Assembly: GCA_044224875.1 (NCBI GenBank) | Contig: JBGAJQ010000041.1 | Coordinates: forward strand, 1-48,505 | Origin: Gemmatimonadaceae bacterium | GTDB lineage: Bacteria > Gemmatimonadota > Gemmatimonadetes > Gemmatimonadales > Gemmatimonadaceae | Reading direction: 5' to 3' | Length of the DNA stretch: 48,505 nt | Shown: in pieces, positions 1 to 9,475 of the stretch | Layout: every line of letters begins with the position of its first letter | How positions within the stretch are numbered: the stretch's first letter is position 1 | The notes under the pieces: generated by a model | Database searches by the model: none | Seen by the model: the letters and a program-made list of their open reading frames with translations, nothing else | Told to the model about the DNA's origin: nothing | Translations under genes and position numbers: made by a program

Positions 1-2
1 AC

Positions 3-173
3 ACGGGATCCTACGAAGGGCTGGGCGACGCCTGGTCGCGATTGATGGGCGAGTGGCTCCCAAAGAGCGGTGAGCGCGTGCGCGACAGCGCGAGCTACGA
101 AATCTACCGCAACACGCCCATGGACACGCCCACGGAGAAACTCATCACCGAGATCTACATTCCGCTCGAGTGA
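3..173 (+). CDS. 3' end of a GyrI-like domain protein (probably an AraC-family regulator effector domain); partial
   Basis: Frame from nt 3 reads TGSYEGLGDAWSRLMGEWLPKSGERVRDSASYEIYRNTPMDTPTEKLITEIYIPLE*, typical of GyrI-like C-termini (G.Y..L..AW, WLP.SG, E.Y.N.P, L.T.IYIP). Confidence 0.85.
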   Translation, partial: TGSYEGLGDAWSRLMGEWLPKSGERVRDSASYEIYRNTPMDTPTEKLITEIYIPLE

Positions 174-196
174 CGGACCGCTCGAGTACGGGTGAG

Positions 197-296
197 GTCT
201 TTCGGGGCGCCAGCCGGCGAACGGTGTCTGGGTGGGTGGCAGGTAAGGAGCGCGTGCCACCCACCCGAGTAATCGCGCTGGTGACCCCGAGATGAC
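197..296. other. Long imperfect hairpin (about 100 nt) in an intergenic region
   Basis: GGGTGGGTGGCA (230-241) pairs with TGCCACCCACCC (255-266). Outer arms GTCTTTCGGGG-CGCCAGC pair with GCTGGTGACCCCGAGATGAC, with single bulges. Confidence 0.55.
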
Positions 297-305
297 GAGG
301 CATCG

Positions 306-482
306 ATGACATTCGTTCGGTTGTCCATGGGCTTTGGGTTGGCCGTGCTGGGCGCGTGCGCCGATGCGAGTCCCAGTGATCCTGTCAACGCAAGCGTGTG
401 GGGTGACGCGCAGTCCAAACTCGTGGCGGCCGAAAGCGGTGTGACGCTGTCGCACAGTTGGCAAGCGTGTAACTATCCGTAG
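306..482 (+). pseudogene. Short 58-aa ORF with lipoprotein signal; possibly a truncated gene
   Basis: GAGG upstream of ATG 306. Translation MTFVRLSMGFGLAVLGAC-ADASPSDP... has a hydrophobic stretch and lipobox LGAC, and ends at TAG 480-482. Confidence 0.35.
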
Positions 483-516
483 CTGCTCCAACCCAGGTCA
501 CCGACCTCGCTCGGAA

Positions 517-1434
517 TTACGGAACGCGCCGGCCCTGCGCGGCCTCCCACAACGCGTACCAATCCTCGCGGTCAAGCACACACCTCGCCGCGCGTGCCGC
601 CGCCTCCATGCGGTCGACGCGATTCGTTCCCACGATGGGCAAAGGGCGCGAGGGGTGCGCGAGAATCCAGGCGTTGGCCAGCATTTCCAAGGACGCGCCT
701 TCATATCGATCCGCCATCGTGGTTGCCGCCAGTTGCACGCGACGCGATGCCTCAATCGAGCGGTCGAATAGGCGTCCCCCCGCCAACGGGCTCCACGCCA
801 TGGGAGCGATTCGCAGTTGCTCGCACTGATTGAGCGTCCCGTCGATGATGGGATCCATGTGTAGCAGGTGAAACTCTACTTGGTTCGTCACCAGCGGCCG
901 CTCCATGCGACTATTGAGCAGGGCGAATTGCGCCGCGGTGTAGTTGGACACGCCGGCGCTCCCGATCTTCCCATCGCGCACCAGCTGGTTGAGCCCTGCG
1001 GCGGTGTCGTCCGCCGCCGTCAGCCAGTCGGGGCGGTGCACCAGCAGCAACTCCACACGGTCTGTTCGCAGGAGTCGCAGGGACTTCTCGAGGCTCTTCA
1101 GCAGGCGGGCGCCCGTGGCGTTGTAGTGGGCGGTGCGTCGTTCCGGGTGCCGGGCAGTGGGGACGTAGATGCCGGCCTTGGTGACGATTTCCAGCTGGTC
1201 GCGGAGTCCTGGCGTCAGGGCAAGCGCGGCGCCTAACGCTTCCTCCACGTCATACCCGCCATAGATCTCCGCGGTGTCTATGGTGGTCATGCCCAGCTCC
1301 ACACAGCAATGCAACCGGCGGTTCACCTCCTGGGCGCTCGGTGCCGCTTCAGGGCCATCGAGAAGCCGCCAGGTGCCATAAACCACGCGAGAGAACTCGG
1401 GACCGTTTGGGGCAATTCGCTGGCGAGGAATCAT
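517..1434 (-). CDS. Aldo/keto reductase (YdhF-like)
   Basis: Motifs YGTWRL, IDTAEIYG, LLLVHRPD, GVSN, NQVE, AWSPLAGG. Start taken at MIPRQRIAP (ATG 1434). Confidence 0.92.
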   Translation of the reverse strand: MIPRQRIAPNGPEFSRVVYGTWRLLDGPEAAPSAQEVNRRLHCCVELGMTTIDTAEIYGGYDVEEALGAALALTPGLRDQLEIVTKAGIYVPTARHPERRTAHYNATGARLLKSLEKSLRLLRTDRVELLLVHRPDWLTAADDTAAGLNQLVRDGKIGSAGVSNYTAAQFALLNSRMERPLVTNQVEFHLLHMDPIIDGTLNQCEQLRIAPMAWSPLAGGRLFDRSIEASRRVQLAATTMADRYEGASLEMLANAWILAHPSRPLPIVGTNRVDRMEAAARAARCVLDREDWYALWEAAQGRRVP

Positions 1435-1682
1435 TTGCTGGAGAGGGGAAGAGTTTCTTGAATCTGCGCATCGGCCATCACGCGCGCTGCCCTCAGCGTC
1501 TTGGAAGCCCGCTCCCATGAACAGTCCCGGGCACCACCGGGTCGAATCGCGGACGCCGACCTGATGCCGATGGCGGCACGTGAACTGGTGGGAGGGCTCG
1601 ATCGGGGTCTCAGGCCAATCCGACCGCGCCGGGCCGGCGTAGTCAACGTGACCCGTATGACGTCTCCCGAGCCACATTCGCC

Positions 1683-2210
1683 ATGACCCTTCACATGACT
1701 TCACGTCGCGAGATTCGCGAAGCGATCGTGATGGAGCACATGACCGCCGAAAACGCGCATGAACTCGAGCGCTGCATAGATGCCTTCGCGCACCCGCGGT
1801 ATGAAATCGTCGCCACAGGGGAAGTGTGGGACGGGCACGATGGTGTGAACACGCTGCTGCTGCAGAACGTCACGGCATTTCCGGACTTCAAGTTCCACCC
1901 GTCTTCCATTGACCACGGCGAAGAGGCCGTTTATGTGGAGGGTCGCTTCACCGGAACGCACCTGGGCGACTGGCGCGGGCTGCCGCCGACCGGCCGCCGC
2001 ATCGACTTCCCATTGATCATCGTCTTTGCGTTCGACGGGGAGCGCATGGTGTGCGAGCGCACATACTTTGACCTGGGCACGATCCTCCGACAGCTTGGCG
2101 TCGCGCGCGACCCGAACTCGCTGGGTGGCCGCATTGGGACGATGCTGAACCACCCCTGCGTGGTGGGGCGCGCGCTCCTGCGCCAACTCGCCCGCCATCT
2201 CTCGCCATGA
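1683..2210 (+). CDS. SnoaL-like ester cyclase / NTF2-like protein
   Basis: AFPDF, EGRFTGTHLGDWRGLPPTGR, ERTYFD..T.LRQLG. The start could also be ATG 1695. Confidence 0.88.
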   Translation: MTLHMTSRREIREAIVMEHMTAENAHELERCIDAFAHPRYEIVATGEVWDGHDGVNTLLLQNVTAFPDFKFHPSSIDHGEEAVYVEGRFTGTHLGDWRGLPPTGRRIDFPLIIVFAFDGERMVCERTYFDLGTILRQLGVARDPNSLGGRIGTMLNHPCVVGRALLRQLARHLSP

Positions 2211-2779
2211 TTCCCGTGGGAACGGTGATTGACAGCCCGCAGACCGGCGAACGACTCATCTTCCGTTCGACCTGTGACTCGTCAGGCGGGACGCTCTTCC
2301 GGGCGGAGCTGGTCGTTCAACCTGGATCGTATGTGGTGCAGTCGCATGTGCATCCCCGCCAGGAAGAACGCTTCGTGGTGTTGGAAGGGCGCTATGGCTG
2401 GAAGATAGGCAATAAGAGTGGTGTCGCCGGGCCCGGCGAGACACTGGTGTGTCCGACGGGTGTTCCGCACGCCCAGTGGAATGCGGGGAATACGCCCATG
2501 CGGATCTACTACGAACATCGACCGGCGTTGACGTCCGCCGAGGTATTCTTCGAAACGCAGTTCGGCCTGAGTCGCGATGGGAAGCTGTCATCGACGGGTC
2601 GCATCGGGTTGTTGCAGGCGGCCGTGCTCGTGCGTGAGGTCGGAGACTTCATCCGGCCGTCGTTCCCGCCGATCCCTATTCAGGACGTTCTTTTTCCACT
2701 GCTCGCGGTCCTCGGGCGATGCGTTGGATATCGGCCAAGGTACGAGCGTTACGAATCCACTTTGTTCGCAGACGGATAG
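2207..2779 (+). CDS. Cupin domain protein
   Basis: HVHPRQEERF.VLEG and P.GVPH..WN cupin motifs; ATGA overlap with the upstream gene. Confidence 0.85.
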   Translation: MIPVGTVIDSPQTGERLIFRSTCDSSGGTLFRAELVVQPGSYVVQSHVHPRQEERFVVLEGRYGWKIGNKSGVAGPGETLVCPTGVPHAQWNAGNTPMRIYYEHRPALTSAEVFFETQFGLSRDGKLSSTGRIGLLQAAVLVREVGDFIRPSFPPIPIQDVLFPLLAVLGRCVGYRPRYERYESTLFADG

Positions 2780-2870
2780 GTCGCGTTAGGCGGATCGTTG
2801 CGAGGCTTATGCCACTCGTCGCACCGGCGATAAAGCGCGCTTGACGGCGCCGAGAGTCAGGGTCGCGATC

Positions 2871-5096
2871 TTACCACCAGGTGGCCACGGGCTCGCCCCG
2901 TATGCGATGCATGGCTTCCTGAGCCGATGGTCCAACGACGCCTGCCTTGAAGGCCTGCTCGAGGGCGGGGAGTGCGTCAGCGGCGGTTGGGCCGAGTTGA
3001 CCAAGGGCCGTCGCGGCGGCGATGATCACGTTGCGCACTTCTCCCTTGACGAACATGCGGTCGGCAAGGGCCTTCACCGCACCCTTGGCCGCTGGCCCCA
3101 TTGTGCCAATGGCTCCCGCCGATGAGACGCGCACGTGCTCGTCGGGATCCGCGAGTGCGGTGACGAGTGGCGATAGGGCGGAAGCTGCCTCTGCGCCGAT
3201 GGACTTGAGGGCGAGTGCCGCCAACACCCGCACGCGTGCGCTGGAATCCGACAGCGCGGACGCGAGGGCTGGCGTCGACCTCGCAGCTGACGGGCCTATC
3301 TGGGTGAGTGCCCAGGCCGCGGCAACGCGCACCTCGAGGTCAGCATCCCGCAGGGCGTCCGTCACTGGTGCGACGGCGGTCTTGGCATCGTCGCCAAATG
3401 AGCCGATCGCCCGCAGGTCGTCGGCACGGGGAGTTCCGCGGTCGGTCGCGAGCGCCGTCACGTACGAGGCCAACGGGCGGCCGCGGTATACCGTGGCGCC
3501 GCGAGGGATGCGCGGCGCGTCTGGCAGGGCTGGGGGCAGCTCCAACACCTTGGTGGTGTCCGGCACGCCAATGTCCTCGGGCAATCGCTCGAGCACCAGT
3601 TCATAGACGCCAACGTCATAGCCGGCCGACGCCACATCCTTGCCCACGCAGATCAGGCTCACCGTGTGGCGTCCCTTCTCAAAGTGGAAGAATCCCAATG
3701 GCTGCTGCATTCCCGCGTAGACTTCCAACTCGTAGTTGTGGTAGACGAGGGGGCCGGGGAAGGGAATCTCCGAGCTCACTGGCTGCCGGAGGTCGAGGTT
3801 CGTCGGTTTGTTGTCCACAAGCGCCACATAGTTGCCGTAGTTAGGCGCCTTGGCAATCGAAGCCACCAGTTCGTACCGCCCGGACTCTGTCACGTCGAAC
3901 GGGATGTTGATTCGCGCCCCGGGACCCTTGGCCGCGAGGAAGACGAAATCCTTGTTCCAGTCCTGCCCCTGTTGAACGGACGCTGTCCCGTTCACCGCCG
4001 TGACGTCCTTGATCGAATGCTGGATGGCTATTTGCTGAGCGTTCCCGATTGGGAGGCGCGCGCGTCCATACGGTGGCTCGGGGAGTTCCTCGTTCACCCC
4101 GTCCTGATACCAGAAGGCCACACTCGAGAAGTAATCCGGGCGTTCTTCAAACGCTGCTCGCGTTGTACCGTCGGGGTTGTATGTCCATCCACGATGTTCG
4201 ATGCCTGCCCAAATAGACGTCGTGAATGGTATCGCGTCCGGCACGTGCCAACGGTACGCAGACAACCTCGATCCAATGCGCTCGCCCTCGGCAACCACGG
4301 ATCCCGTCCAGGGTCCCGACGATTGGCGGAGACCCCACGCTTCGTTGATGTAGTCCTCGGAGCCGGTCCCAAACAGTTGAGGATGCGCTGCGCCATCGAC
4401 ATAGAAAAGGTCGTCGCCCTCGCCGAACCACGAGATCTGAGTTTGCAGGACGTTCAGCACGGTGCCGACGTATTGGCCCTTCCCGTGGATGTTCAGAAAC
4501 GCGTAGTTGTGTCCGGAGACTGCCGGAAGTTCCTGACGGTAGTAGGCATGGAAGTACAGAACGTCGCTTGGCAGTGACTGGTACTTGCGCCAGTCGACTT
4601 GAAAGTAGAGCGCCTTCATGCGCGCTCCTTCGTTCGTCACGGTGATGCGACAGTGCTTGCGAAACGGCATGACCCAATACGAATTGCGGCCACGTCCAAG
4701 GCTGGTATTGTAGATCATGGCCGAATTCAGGTCGGTCTCGTAGCCATGCCCCACACCGAAGAAGTCGCCCAGCGGCGCATCGACGCTTGGGGTCTTCTTG
4801 CCGTCGTAGTACGCACGCAGCCGGAAGAGCCTGGGCCACGCGAACTCGTTCGCTGCCGCCGTGAACCAGAGGTGCGTCACGGCACCCGGCCCATCGAGGT
4901 CGGCGATCACGATCGTCTCACCGGGCATGAAGTGCTTGTTGTCCTCGTTGCTCAGCACGTAACGGTTGTTGCTGGAGGCGCGCTGCGCGCTGTAGGCGGG
5001 CACGCGGGCGATCGTCGGAATGTCGCGATCGGCGGAGTCGGCGTTGGCACTACAGGCCACGGCGACCAGCGTCAGGTACGCAATAGTAGGTCTCAT
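2871..5096 (-). CDS. DUF2961/GH172-family glycoside hydrolase with a C-terminal beta-sandwich and HEAT/PBS repeats; probable lipoprotein
   Basis: GPGAVTHLW, PLGDFFG, MPFRK, WFGEGDD, GTGSEDY, YRWH..DAIPF, SSVAFWYQ. C-terminal L.D.D..VR..AA.AL repeats. N-terminal VAVAC lipobox. Confidence 0.88.
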   Translation of the reverse strand: MRPTIAYLTLVAVACSANADSADRDIPTIARVPAYSAQRASSNNRYVLSNEDNKHFMPGETIVIADLDGPGAVTHLWFTAAANEFAWPRLFRLRAYYDGKKTPSVDAPLGDFFGVGHGYETDLNSAMIYNTSLGRGRNSYWVMPFRKHCRITVTNEGARMKALYFQVDWRKYQSLPSDVLYFHAYYRQELPAVSGHNYAFLNIHGKGQYVGTVLNVLQTQISWFGEGDDLFYVDGAAHPQLFGTGSEDYINEAWGLRQSSGPWTGSVVAEGERIGSRLSAYRWHVPDAIPFTTSIWAGIEHRGWTYNPDGTTRAAFEERPDYFSSVAFWYQDGVNEELPEPPYGRARLPIGNAQQIAIQHSIKDVTAVNGTASVQQGQDWNKDFVFLAAKGPGARINIPFDVTESGRYELVASIAKAPNYGNYVALVDNKPTNLDLRQPVSSEIPFPGPLVYHNYELEVYAGMQQPLGFFHFEKGRHTVSLICVGKDVASAGYDVGVYELVLERLPEDIGVPDTTKVLELPPALPDAPRIPRGATVYRGRPLASYVTALATDRGTPRADDLRAIGSFGDDAKTAVAPVTDALRDADLEVRVAAAWALTQIGPSAARSTPALASALSDSSARVRVLAALALKSIGAEAASALSPLVTALADPDEHVRVSSAGAIGTMGPAAKGAVKALADRMFVKGEVRNVIIAAATALGQLGPTAADALPALEQAFKAGVVGPSAQEAMHRIRGEPVATWW

Positions 5097-5249
5097 TGTG
5101 GCAAGAGCATGGTCGTCAGCCGAGACAAAGACAAGACAATTTGCCCGAAATCGTGAGCCTCCCTGCACGCCTGGAAAAACCTTCCCTTGCCGTGGTGCGT
5201 GACGTGGCCACCTTGTAGAAGGGTTCGAAGCCAGTATCGCGGAGGGCAC

Positions 5250-6005
5250 ATGCGGCTCGTTGGCCAGATCGGATCGTTAGGTGTCGCGCTGTGGGCCATG
5301 TCATCGACGCTAGGAGCGCAGGTGCATGGTGGACACGCGCCGGGCTTTGGGACGTTGGGCGGAGCTCGGCCGCAATCACCGACGCTGAGCGGCTTCGGTT
5401 CACTTCGCCCGTCGCCGACGCACCAGGACCGTCAGGGCATCAATGGCATGGACGTTCGCACGCCGGCCGGGCGCGGGTATTCGATCCCGGGGCTCCTGAG
5501 TCCTGCAGGGCGTGCCGCACGACCTTGGGGGTACCCCTACGCGGTAGGGAGCACGCTCACAGCTCCTGTCACGGTTCCCGTCCCGGTACCAGTGCCGTAT
5601 TACGTCCCCGTGCCGACGCCGCCAGCCACCAGCACGAATCTCGAAATGCCTGCGGAGCCGCCTCCCCGCTACGACCCAACACGCTCTCGCATGACCGTGA
5701 TCGGCAGCGGGGCGGATGGGGGAGGCGGAGTGATGCGCGTTGAACGGCAGTCGAACCGAGCGGTGCGCCTAACGTGGTTGGCGAGCGAGCGGCCGGTTCG
5801 CGAGGCCACACTGTTCGTCGCGGATGCCGATCAGCGGCCACTCGCTGTCCGAGGCGTTGACCTGCTCCATCGGCAGGCCACGTTTACGCTGACGGACTGG
5901 GGCCGCGTTGCGTACGCGGGATTGACCGTGATCTTCACTGACGGAGCCACGCGCACCACCTTGGTGCCATTCCTCGCCGCAGTCGAGGCAGGAACGGCCA
6001 AGTAG
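5250..6005 (+). CDS. Hypothetical secreted proline-rich protein
   Basis: GGAGG upstream of ATG 5250, signal-like N-terminus, PVPVPVPYYVPVP tract. Confidence 0.65.
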   Translation: MRLVGQIGSLGVALWAMSSTLGAQVHGGHAPGFGTLGGARPQSPTLSGFGSLRPSPTHQDRQGINGMDVRTPAGRGYSIPGLLSPAGRAARPWGYPYAVGSTLTAPVTVPVPVPVPYYVPVPTPPATSTNLEMPAEPPPRYDPTRSRMTVIGSGADGGGGVMRVERQSNRAVRLTWLASERPVREATLFVADADQRPLAVRGVDLLHRQATFTLTDWGRVAYAGLTVIFTDGATRTTLVPFLAAVEAGTAK

Positions 6006-6019
6006 CGCGGAAGGGCCGG

Positions 6020-7051
6020 TCAGCGGCCGGACAATGATTCAGCGGGGAGCAGGTGCAACAGGTCGTCGCTCCACCGCGGGTCACCCGGCCTGGCGATCGC
6101 ATTGTAGTCGCGCATGACGCGCACTGGGTCGCAGAGTCCCTGGACAAGGGCTTGGCGGCTGCGGGCGCGTTCGATCGATCGGGCCATGACGTAGCCGACC
6201 GTGTACCACGGCCCCTGGACACCGAAGAACTCCATGGCCTTCGCCTGGATTGAGTCGGCGTTGGTCAGCCGAGACCGCAGGACGTCCGTGAAGAATGCGT
6301 CCAAGGCGGCGAAGTCGCCGGCAATGTGCTGCATGTCTCGGTCCCAGCGCTGTCGCTCGTCTGGATCACTCGTCGCGTGCGGATGCACGTCCGGCCCGCC
6401 GGCTGCAGCAAGCATGGCGTATCCCTCGCCGAACGCCCCCATCCAGTAAACCGCCGTGGACACCTCACGGGGTTGGCCCGCCTTCGCGGAATCCGGGCAC
6501 GCACGGTTGTAGCCGATGTGATGCAGTTCATGGGCGACGGTGTTCGTAAACTTCGCGCGCGATACCTCCGGGTCGAGAAATAGCATGATCGCCGGATTGC
6601 TGCTCGCCTCGAATACGAAGCTGTTGGGCCGTGGCTTGATCAGCGGGTAAATCGTCGCCCGTATCGCGGCCCCCGGTGGCAGATACGCGCGAGCGCGAGC
6701 GAGCGAGGTCTCAAGGGAAGCGGCCTGCCACGATCGTAGCGTTCGAGACAGTGTTGGGGCGCGCGATGCCATGGAGTCCGCGTTCAGAAATGCAGCGAAC
6801 TGGGAGTCAGGCATCTCTCGGCCCATTGAGCGCTCGCGAGCAGCTAACCGACGATATCCTGCGGACGTAAAGAGCGCGTTCCACTGCTCCTGCGTAGGCT
6901 CACGCTTCTTGGCGCGCGTCTGCAGGATGGAAAGGGACGCTCGCGCTTCGTCGCTGACGAAGGCGAGGCCAGCGGGCTGCTGCGCACGCATCTGGACCGG
7001 ATACACGGCCAAGAGCGTCGCGAGAGTTCCAGCGATGCGACGATGGGTCAT
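6020..7051 (-). CDS. Secreted putative Zn-dependent protease (DUF5700/DUF2268-like)
   Basis: Signal peptide; HELHH (HExxH) motif followed by EG.A and YTVGY. Confidence 0.75.
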   Translation of the reverse strand: MTHRRIAGTLATLLAVYPVQMRAQQPAGLAFVSDEARASLSILQTRAKKREPTQEQWNALFTSAGYRRLAARERSMGREMPDSQFAAFLNADSMASRAPTLSRTLRSWQAASLETSLARARAYLPPGAAIRATIYPLIKPRPNSFVFEASSNPAIMLFLDPEVSRAKFTNTVAHELHHIGYNRACPDSAKAGQPREVSTAVYWMGAFGEGYAMLAAAGGPDVHPHATSDPDERQRWDRDMQHIAGDFAALDAFFTDVLRSRLTNADSIQAKAMEFFGVQGPWYTVGYVMARSIERARSRQALVQGLCDPVRVMRDYNAIARPGDPRWSDDLLHLLPAESLSGR

Positions 7052-7180
7052 TGGAGCTGTGAGTGGTGGCGGCGCGGTGTACCCAAACTAACGACGCGGT
7101 GTTGCGCTCGTCCGTCCCGCGAACGCCGTGAGACACCGGCGTTGGCCCGTAGGTTGCGCCGCCGGTTTGCCTCAGGCTCG

Positions 7181-9475
7181 CTACAGGCTTTCCGGGTCCG
7201 GCGTGCTCGCGCCGATCGCTGCCGTGTCGAGCGCGTTCGACGCCGCGCCAACTGCCGATCGTTGGTTCAGGTATTCGGCCAGGTCGCGCAACGCCATGGG
7301 GCGGCTGAAGAGGAATCCCTGGCCGATGTCGCATCCCAACGTCGTCAAGTGCGCCTGCTGCGAATCGACTTCGATTCCCTCAGCTACAACCTCCACACCC
7401 AGGGACCGTGCCAGGTCGATCATGGTCTTGATGAACGATACCTCGCGCTCCCCATCGTCGAGGCGGGCGACAAAGGTCCGGTCGATCTTGAGTTCATCGA
7501 CGGGGAAGTACTGGAGGTGCGACAGGGATGAGTAGCCCGTACCAAAGTCGTCGATGGCAACCCGAACTCCCAACGCCTTGAGCGCCTGCAGCCGCACGCG
7601 CGCCTGCTCCGGCGCGCGCATGATCTGTCCTTCAGTCACCTCGAGGATCAGGCGATGGGGATCGAGGCCGGACTCGGCCAGCGCCTGACGGAGCTCGCCG
7701 ACGAACGTCTCATGTTCGAGCTGCCGAGGTGCGAGGTTGACGGAAATGGAGGGCGGGCCGTCCCCGAGGTCTTCCCATTTCGACGCCAGATGGCACGCCT
7801 CCTTCAGTACCCAGTGGCCAATCGGTAGGATCAGGCCGGTTTCCTCCGCCACCGGGAGGAACTCGCTCGGCGGAATGATCCCGCGTTTGGGATGATGCCA
7901 TCGCAACAGCGCCTCGAAGCCTCGGAGCGATCCAGTCCCCAGTCGCACGAGTGGTTGGAAGTGCAACACGAATTCGTTGTTGACCACGGCGCGCCGCAGG
8001 TCTTGCTCGATCTCCAGCCACACCAGGGCGCGGGCATGCATCGTCGGATCGAACAGGCGCGCACAGTGCTTCCCGGAGCTCTTCGCCGAATACATGGCCG
8101 TATCTGCATTGCGCAGGACGGTGTCCCCATCTTCATCCAGATGTGCGACCGCGATCCCGATGCTGGCGCTCACCACCACGTCCCGTTCGGCGATGACCAC
8201 GGGTGTCGAGACGACGCGTAGCAGGCGCTCGGCCAATGTCTGTGGGTTCTCGTCGTCGCGCATGGCCTCGATGACGATGGCGAATTCGTCGCCGCCCAGG
8301 CGTGCCACCGTTTCCCCGGACCGCACAGCGCTGGCAATGCGTCGCGCAATGACGCAGAGGAGCTCGTCTCCTGCCGCGTGCCCCAGGGAATCGTTGACTC
8401 GCTTGAAGCCGTCGAGGTCGAGCAGGAGCACAGCGACTTCTGCCTGGAGTCGCGCGCGACGTTCGAGGGCATGCCGCAGGCGGTCACGGAACAGCGCACG
8501 GTTCGCCAGCCCCGTCAGGTCATCCTGAAACGCCTGGCGCGTGAGTTCCTGCTCCATGCGTTTTCGCTCGGTGACATTCTGGAGCATGGCCATCAGGCGA
8601 GGTTCGTTGCCCCTCTGGACCCGAGCGAGCGTGAGCTGGGCCCACACCAGACTGCCGTCGCGGTGGATGAACGGCTTCTCCAGCGCGACCGACTCACGTG
8701 CGGCGGACATCAACTCTCGGCAGGCTTCCTGGACGCTGGACTCATCGTCGGGCTGGAGCAGCCGACCGACCGAGTGGCCCAGCAACTCATCCGAGTCATA
8801 ACCGAACATGTCTCGGCAGGCCGGATTGGCCTCGAGAATAACGCCGTCAACACTGAGGACCTGAATGGCGATGCCGGCGTGATCAAAGAACGCCTGGAAC
8901 CTGGCGGCACTGTCTTGCGCCGACCGTTCAGCTGAACGCTGGGCAGTGACATCGCGAATCATGACCAGCACGGACGGCGTGCCGTGCAACATCATGTCCA
9001 GCCCCTGCACCTCGACCTCGACGAACGCGCCATCGCGCGCGCGCAGGAACGTTTGGACAATGTCGATCGCCGACATGGCTTGATCGCTCATGAGGCGCGC
9101 TGCGAAGGCGCACCCCGACTCGCACATTCCCAGCTCGTACACTGGCCGACCGATGACGTCGTCCTTGGACCACCCGAGCGTCCGTTCAGCGGCCAGGTTC
9201 CAAGCCAGCACCGTCAGGTCCTGTCGCTTCAACACGAAGGTCGGGTGCGGCACGGAGTCGAACAGCATGCGATAGCGATCTTCCGACGCACGAACACGCT
9301 CCAGCCGTTCCTCCAGTTCGTTCGAGAGCTCCTGCATCGTTCGCATGGCGAGCTCTCGGTCACGATCGATGTCCGAAATCAGGTCACTGGCAGCTTGGAG
9401 CACGTCGTGGATCGCACCTGTGACCGGCGTGTCCCCGAGGTACCGCCGAATGGGCCGGGCAAGCGCGGGATGCAC
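7181..9475 (-). CDS. PAS-PAS-GGDEF-EAL diguanylate cyclase/phosphodiesterase
   Basis: Two PAS/PAC units, DLDGFKRVNDSLGH..GD, RLGGDEF, FEALLRW, IDDFGTGYSSL. Confidence 0.95.
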   Translation of the reverse strand: MHPALARPIRRYLGDTPVTGAIHDVLQAASDLISDIDRDRELAMRTMQELSNELEERLERVRASEDRYRMLFDSVPHPTFVLKRQDLTVLAWNLAAERTLGWSKDDVIGRPVYELGMCESGCAFAARLMSDQAMSAIDIVQTFLRARDGAFVEVEVQGLDMMLHGTPSVLVMIRDVTAQRSAERSAQDSAARFQAFFDHAGIAIQVLSVDGVILEANPACRDMFGYDSDELLGHSVGRLLQPDDESSVQEACRELMSAARESVALEKPFIHRDGSLVWAQLTLARVQRGNEPRLMAMLQNVTERKRMEQELTRQAFQDDLTGLANRALFRDRLRHALERRARLQAEVAVLLLDLDGFKRVNDSLGHAAGDELLCVIARRIASAVRSGETVARLGGDEFAIVIEAMRDDENPQTLAERLLRVVSTPVVIAERDVVVSASIGIAVAHLDEDGDTVLRNADTAMYSAKSSGKHCARLFDPTMHARALVWLEIEQDLRRAVVNNEFVLHFQPLVRLGTGSLRGFEALLRWHHPKRGIIPPSEFLPVAEETGLILPIGHWVLKEACHLASKWEDLGDGPPSISVNLAPRQLEHETFVGELRQALAESGLDPHRLILEVTEGQIMRAPEQARVRLQALKALGVRVAIDDFGTGYSSLSHLQYFPVDELKIDRTFVARLDDGEREVSFIKTMIDLARSLGVEVVAEGIEVDSQQAHLTTLGCDIGQGFLFSRPMALRDLAEYLNQRSAVGAASNALDTAAIGASTPDPESL

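Noticed and set aside
1435..1704. N-terminal extensions in the ORF track (aldo/keto reductase to 1704; likewise 5249, 10745, 17212, 22625, 40894, 46106, 47464)
   Set aside because: Extensions overlap neighbouring genes or precede clear signal peptides, RBS or -10 elements; downstream starts fit family N-termini better.
3022..4839. Long antisense or alternate-frame ORFs (for example 3666-4577, 23305-24426, 35691-36551)
   Set aside because: Shadow ORFs of real genes caused by stop-codon scarcity at high GC; no recognisable motifs.
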